From Takakia lepidozioides (lineage: Eukaryota; Plantae; Bryophyta): a stretch of 64,000 nt of DNA. The notes under the pieces are model-generated. The model had not been told where the DNA came from. It was given only the letters and a program-made list of their open reading frames with translations, and searched no databases. The first letter of the stretch is position 1, and each line of letters starts with the position of its first letter. The translations under genes were made by a program, and so were the position numbers. Location: positions 62,062,001-62,126,000 of the forward strand of contig CM060733.1 of assembly GCA_030704615.1 (NCBI GenBank), in the 5' to 3' direction. Of the stretch, positions 60,677 through 64,000 are shown piece by piece.

Positions 60677-63600
60677 ATGGCCTCCCAGGCCATGGGCTCC
60701 CTTGACGCGGACTTCTTCAGTGAGGACCACCCTGTGCCATTTTCTTACGAGGTGGAAGATGATGGTTTTGCGCTGGTGCATGAACACGTCCTCGCAACGC
60801 AGTTTCGGTTGGAAAATGGAACTCTATTCCTTCAAAGGGAAGTGTACGATGCCAATGGAAAACTGCTCAAGTACGTGTTCCAGAAACCTTCGCATACTGC
60901 ACCAGCCACACAATGGAGAGTGCCTCCAGGCAGATACAGGGTGCTCAGTGCTCCTCTGAGACAGTCTGCAGGATCTTTCGTAACTCCTGGCACGGCAGCA
61001 TCAGTGGCCCAGGAGAAAACACCCGTGGTTGTCAAGAAGGAGACGAGTACCGTTAACACTGTAGTTGAGCTTTCGGACTCATCCTCCGATGACACATGTG
61101 CAATACCGCCCGTGGATCAGCCATGTCCACATGTAGAAGCAGATGTGGAGGAGATCACCAGTGTCATTCCTAAACTGAAAGCCATGGGTGGGATGGCAGG
61201 ATTCAAGAGTGAGTTGAGGGGGATAGACTGGAGCACTTTCAATATTCAGAGGGTGGCATTCTTGCCGGAATCTTTTGATGGTAATACTGTTTTCGAGCTG
61301 CCTCCTCCTGGTCGCTTGGGGGGCATTTCTAGTCTCCTGGAAGGAATGGACAAAAAGCACGATGGGCACCCTTGGTGCCGCACAAAAACCTCCAATATTC
61401 ACAACAACGACAACCTCATATTCAGGCGAACAGTCTGTAATGGGCACCTGAAATGCGAGAACATGAAATGCAGACACTTCGCATTGTCAGGTGTGCAAAA
61501 CCAAAGCGAATGGGATGGTGTCAGTGAGAATCCATTCAAGCCTGGGGTGACACCACCATACAGTAACACTTTTGTGTGCAAGTTCTGTAGGGTACCACCT
61601 TGCTGCCTTGCTTTGTGTGGCGCCAGAATGTATTATGTGGTGCATCGATTCAAAACCCTGACTAGAGCCTGTGTCCATTTCGGTTTTCACAACCACCCTG
61701 TGTCCAAGGGGGATTATAGGGAGAGCGTTGACACAGTCTCGCGTCTGATAAGGCAAGAGTTGGATACCAATCCAACTGGAACCACATCTGCAATTGCCAT
61801 GGGGGCGAGCAAGTCCTTTCTGGAAAGCCGTATTCTGTGTGCATCAAATTCGGTTGGAGGAATACTGGAGGGATCGGCTTTGGACACTGTTATGGACCAT
61901 TTCTCAACTTTGACTTCTCCAAACATTAGGAATCAGGTGAACGCTTTAAGAATGGGCTCTGGGAGCCGAGGTTATATGGACAATATTATGGATTTGAAGA
62001 AAAGGAGCATGTATGACTACATCCAAGACAGCGTTTTCCCGGGACAAGGAGCCAGGAAAGTGTTCTTGTTCAAAATGTCCACAAAAGGTGAGGGCAGCGG
62101 GGTCAGCCTGGTTAAACGTATGCAGAAGGGTGGCGATCTTGGCAACTGCTTCCTTATGTTCGATCATGTCAAGAGGGTTAAAGACTGGACCACAATGGCA
62201 TGTCATGTTTACGACCCTGTGTACCAGCGGGTCATGACAATTGCAGTGTGTGACATGCAGTCAGAGGACACAGATTCACAACAGCTCATGTGGGAAGCTC
62301 TCATTCGAGTTATGGCCTCCAATGGTCTCCCATCTCCCAATTTCGTTGGTTTCATGGCCGATAGTGCTCAAGCTAACTTCAACGCTGTCCGCATTGTGTT
62401 CGGGACGGGAGACCCAAAAGTGCCAATGCCTGGAAGAGAACGTACATGTCTTTTCCATTGGACACAATCCCTGGACAAACACACAAAGACATACATCAAG
62501 CCAGATATGCAGACTATGCATCGCCAACTGTGCAACCAGTACAAAGACGCCAAAACTATGGGGGAAGCGAATACATTGTTCCAGACAATTCGTGCCTGGT
62601 GGTACTCATCTGGAGCGGCATCGGAGGACAGCATGAGGGCACTGCAAGACTGGTTCGCATTTTGGCACTTCCGTTACCGACAGTGGGGAGCGGCCATGAC
62701 AACGGTGAGTGGTTTGTATTCACCTTCGTTTGGGTGCTTCGGATATATCTTTCAGGGTCCAATCCTAATATCGGCTTTCTGTTTTTTTGCCTTGCAGCAT
62801 ATGTCCATTGAGGAGATGGCGGACATGCCTTCTTGCAATCTTGCGGAGACAGTGCACAATGCCTGGTTGCAGCAATCCGGCAAAAAAGGAGAGATTTGTA
62901 TGCGGCGACGGCCGATGACCTCATTCGTGCTCTGCAGCAGCAAACCAGATATAGGTCATTCTTGAGGGGTGGCCTTGGTGGCAAAGGTCCGGACAGGAGC
63001 GAGTTGATGTTGCGGGCAGCTGGAAGATCAGGGGATCCCAGCAAAATAGCGCGGGCAGTGAGCATATGTGCAGATGGCACCCCTCTCGTGGGAAGAGTTC
63101 CCCATCTGGAAGGCGAAGAGAGATTCGGGTCTTGCAAACGGAAATTGGACACCCCTCCGGGATCGGATGCAGATTCCCATAGGGCGGACAGGGTGAACTT
63201 CTCGACGCCACGTGTTCCCTTGGATCAGAGATGGAATTGCGGAACATCCACAGGTGAGGGCTACTCTGCCCCAGACCGGACCCCTGCATCAAGCATTGTC
63301 ACTGCAATGGTTGAAGACCAGAACGTGGTGCCGCATATAATCGAGTCCATGGGCTTGGACGAGGTTTGGCATATAGAACGCACAAGTGCTGGATCTCGTG
63401 TGAAATGCGCGGCGATCAGGGCCACCAATCATGAAAAATGTACATCATTAATCTCCAGAGGGAAAGAACGCACTGCAGCTCCTACATTCACGGGTTTGTT
63501 TCTCCCTTACGGACAAGGCGAGGCAAAGAACCACAAGTTCTGGTTCTGCGCTGACGATTGTGGGAGATGTGTGCATGGTACAGTGAGGCCTTCCGTGGTA

Positions 63601-64000
63601 AGGAAGCCTACTCCACCAACCGTGTGGCCTGTGAAGATGGGCACAGGTCTCACTCACCGAGAGATCGCAATGCTGGAAGAGGCGGGTTTCTCCCTAGCCA
63701 GACATTCCATTGCACGTGAAGGTGCTTCAAGTGGAAGCGGTTCACGGGTACCTCCGCCTGACGCTCACTTGTGGCCAACCAGACGGAATGGGAAGCTGGT
63801 TCGACGATTCCCTCCAACCGCAGAACACTACGGCAAAATTGAGTCCGCCAGAATGCTTCACGCTCGTGTTGCGGGAACAATGGAAGTGCCTGATCCAGGG
63901 TATGGTCGGGTCTTCACCATGATCTCATCCGCATCTGCGCTGCAGGACAGGACGTACGAAATCACTGTTTCCAATTTTCCCAATTGTACATGTCCTGATT
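60677..64000 (+). CDS. Element 2 transposase (Mutator superfamily; GCM/WRKY-like, DDE, C4 finger, SWIM); intron 62705-62797; frameshift near 62890; runs off the window
   Basis: Open frame 60677-62704 with DGHPWCRTKTSN, CNGHLKCENMKC, HFGFHNHP, LMFDH, FMADS, CLFHW. Then CNLAETVHNAW, and SWIM start NCTCPD at the window end. Confidence 0.9.

Larger units (their letters stand above)
53768..64000. mobile_element. Element 2: diverged relative of element 1 (right end outside the window)
   Basis: Left end GGGGAATGCTTGCGCGTGAGCC aligns without gaps to element 1 GGGGGGTGCTATTCTGTGAGCC. CTATTACCGCGG at 53881. Empty site visible at 35451-35480. Same two-gene layout. Confidence 0.92.

Overview
Eukaryotic, intron-containing DNA, most likely from a non-seed land plant (PLS/E+ PPR genes, L1 and RTE-like LINEs); the exact taxon cannot be fixed from sequence. 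The window opens with a decayed L1 LINE (~1.0-7.8 kb) and an AT-rich minisatellite. Next comes a recent direct tandem duplication of a ~12-kb block (copy A ~10.2-36.4 kb, copy B from ~36.5 kb) holding a SWIM/MULE relic, a 4-exon SDR gene, a SEC-C motif gene and a PPR gene. After duplication, each PPR copy was hit independently, in the same orientation, by a different member of an unusual large Mutator-like transposon family. Element 1 is 20858-34915 with a 12-bp TSD; element 2 starts at 53768 and runs past the window end. Each element carries two divergent genes. On + is a DDE transposase with GCM/WRKY-like, PARP-like and SWIM zinc fingers. On - is a ~10-exon gene for a ParB/Srx-like domain (WDGNHR) fused to a beta-class N4/N6 DNA-methyltransferase-like domain (DIPD in place of DPPY). 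Introns of this second gene hold element-specific palindromes sharing the core TGCGT-TG-ACGCA: ~33 tandem copies in element 1 and ~11 dispersed copies in element 2. This transposase + ParB-MTase + palindrome-array module, with an apparent preference for PPR genes, is the candidate novel system. All domain calls are motif recognition by eye; no searches were run.
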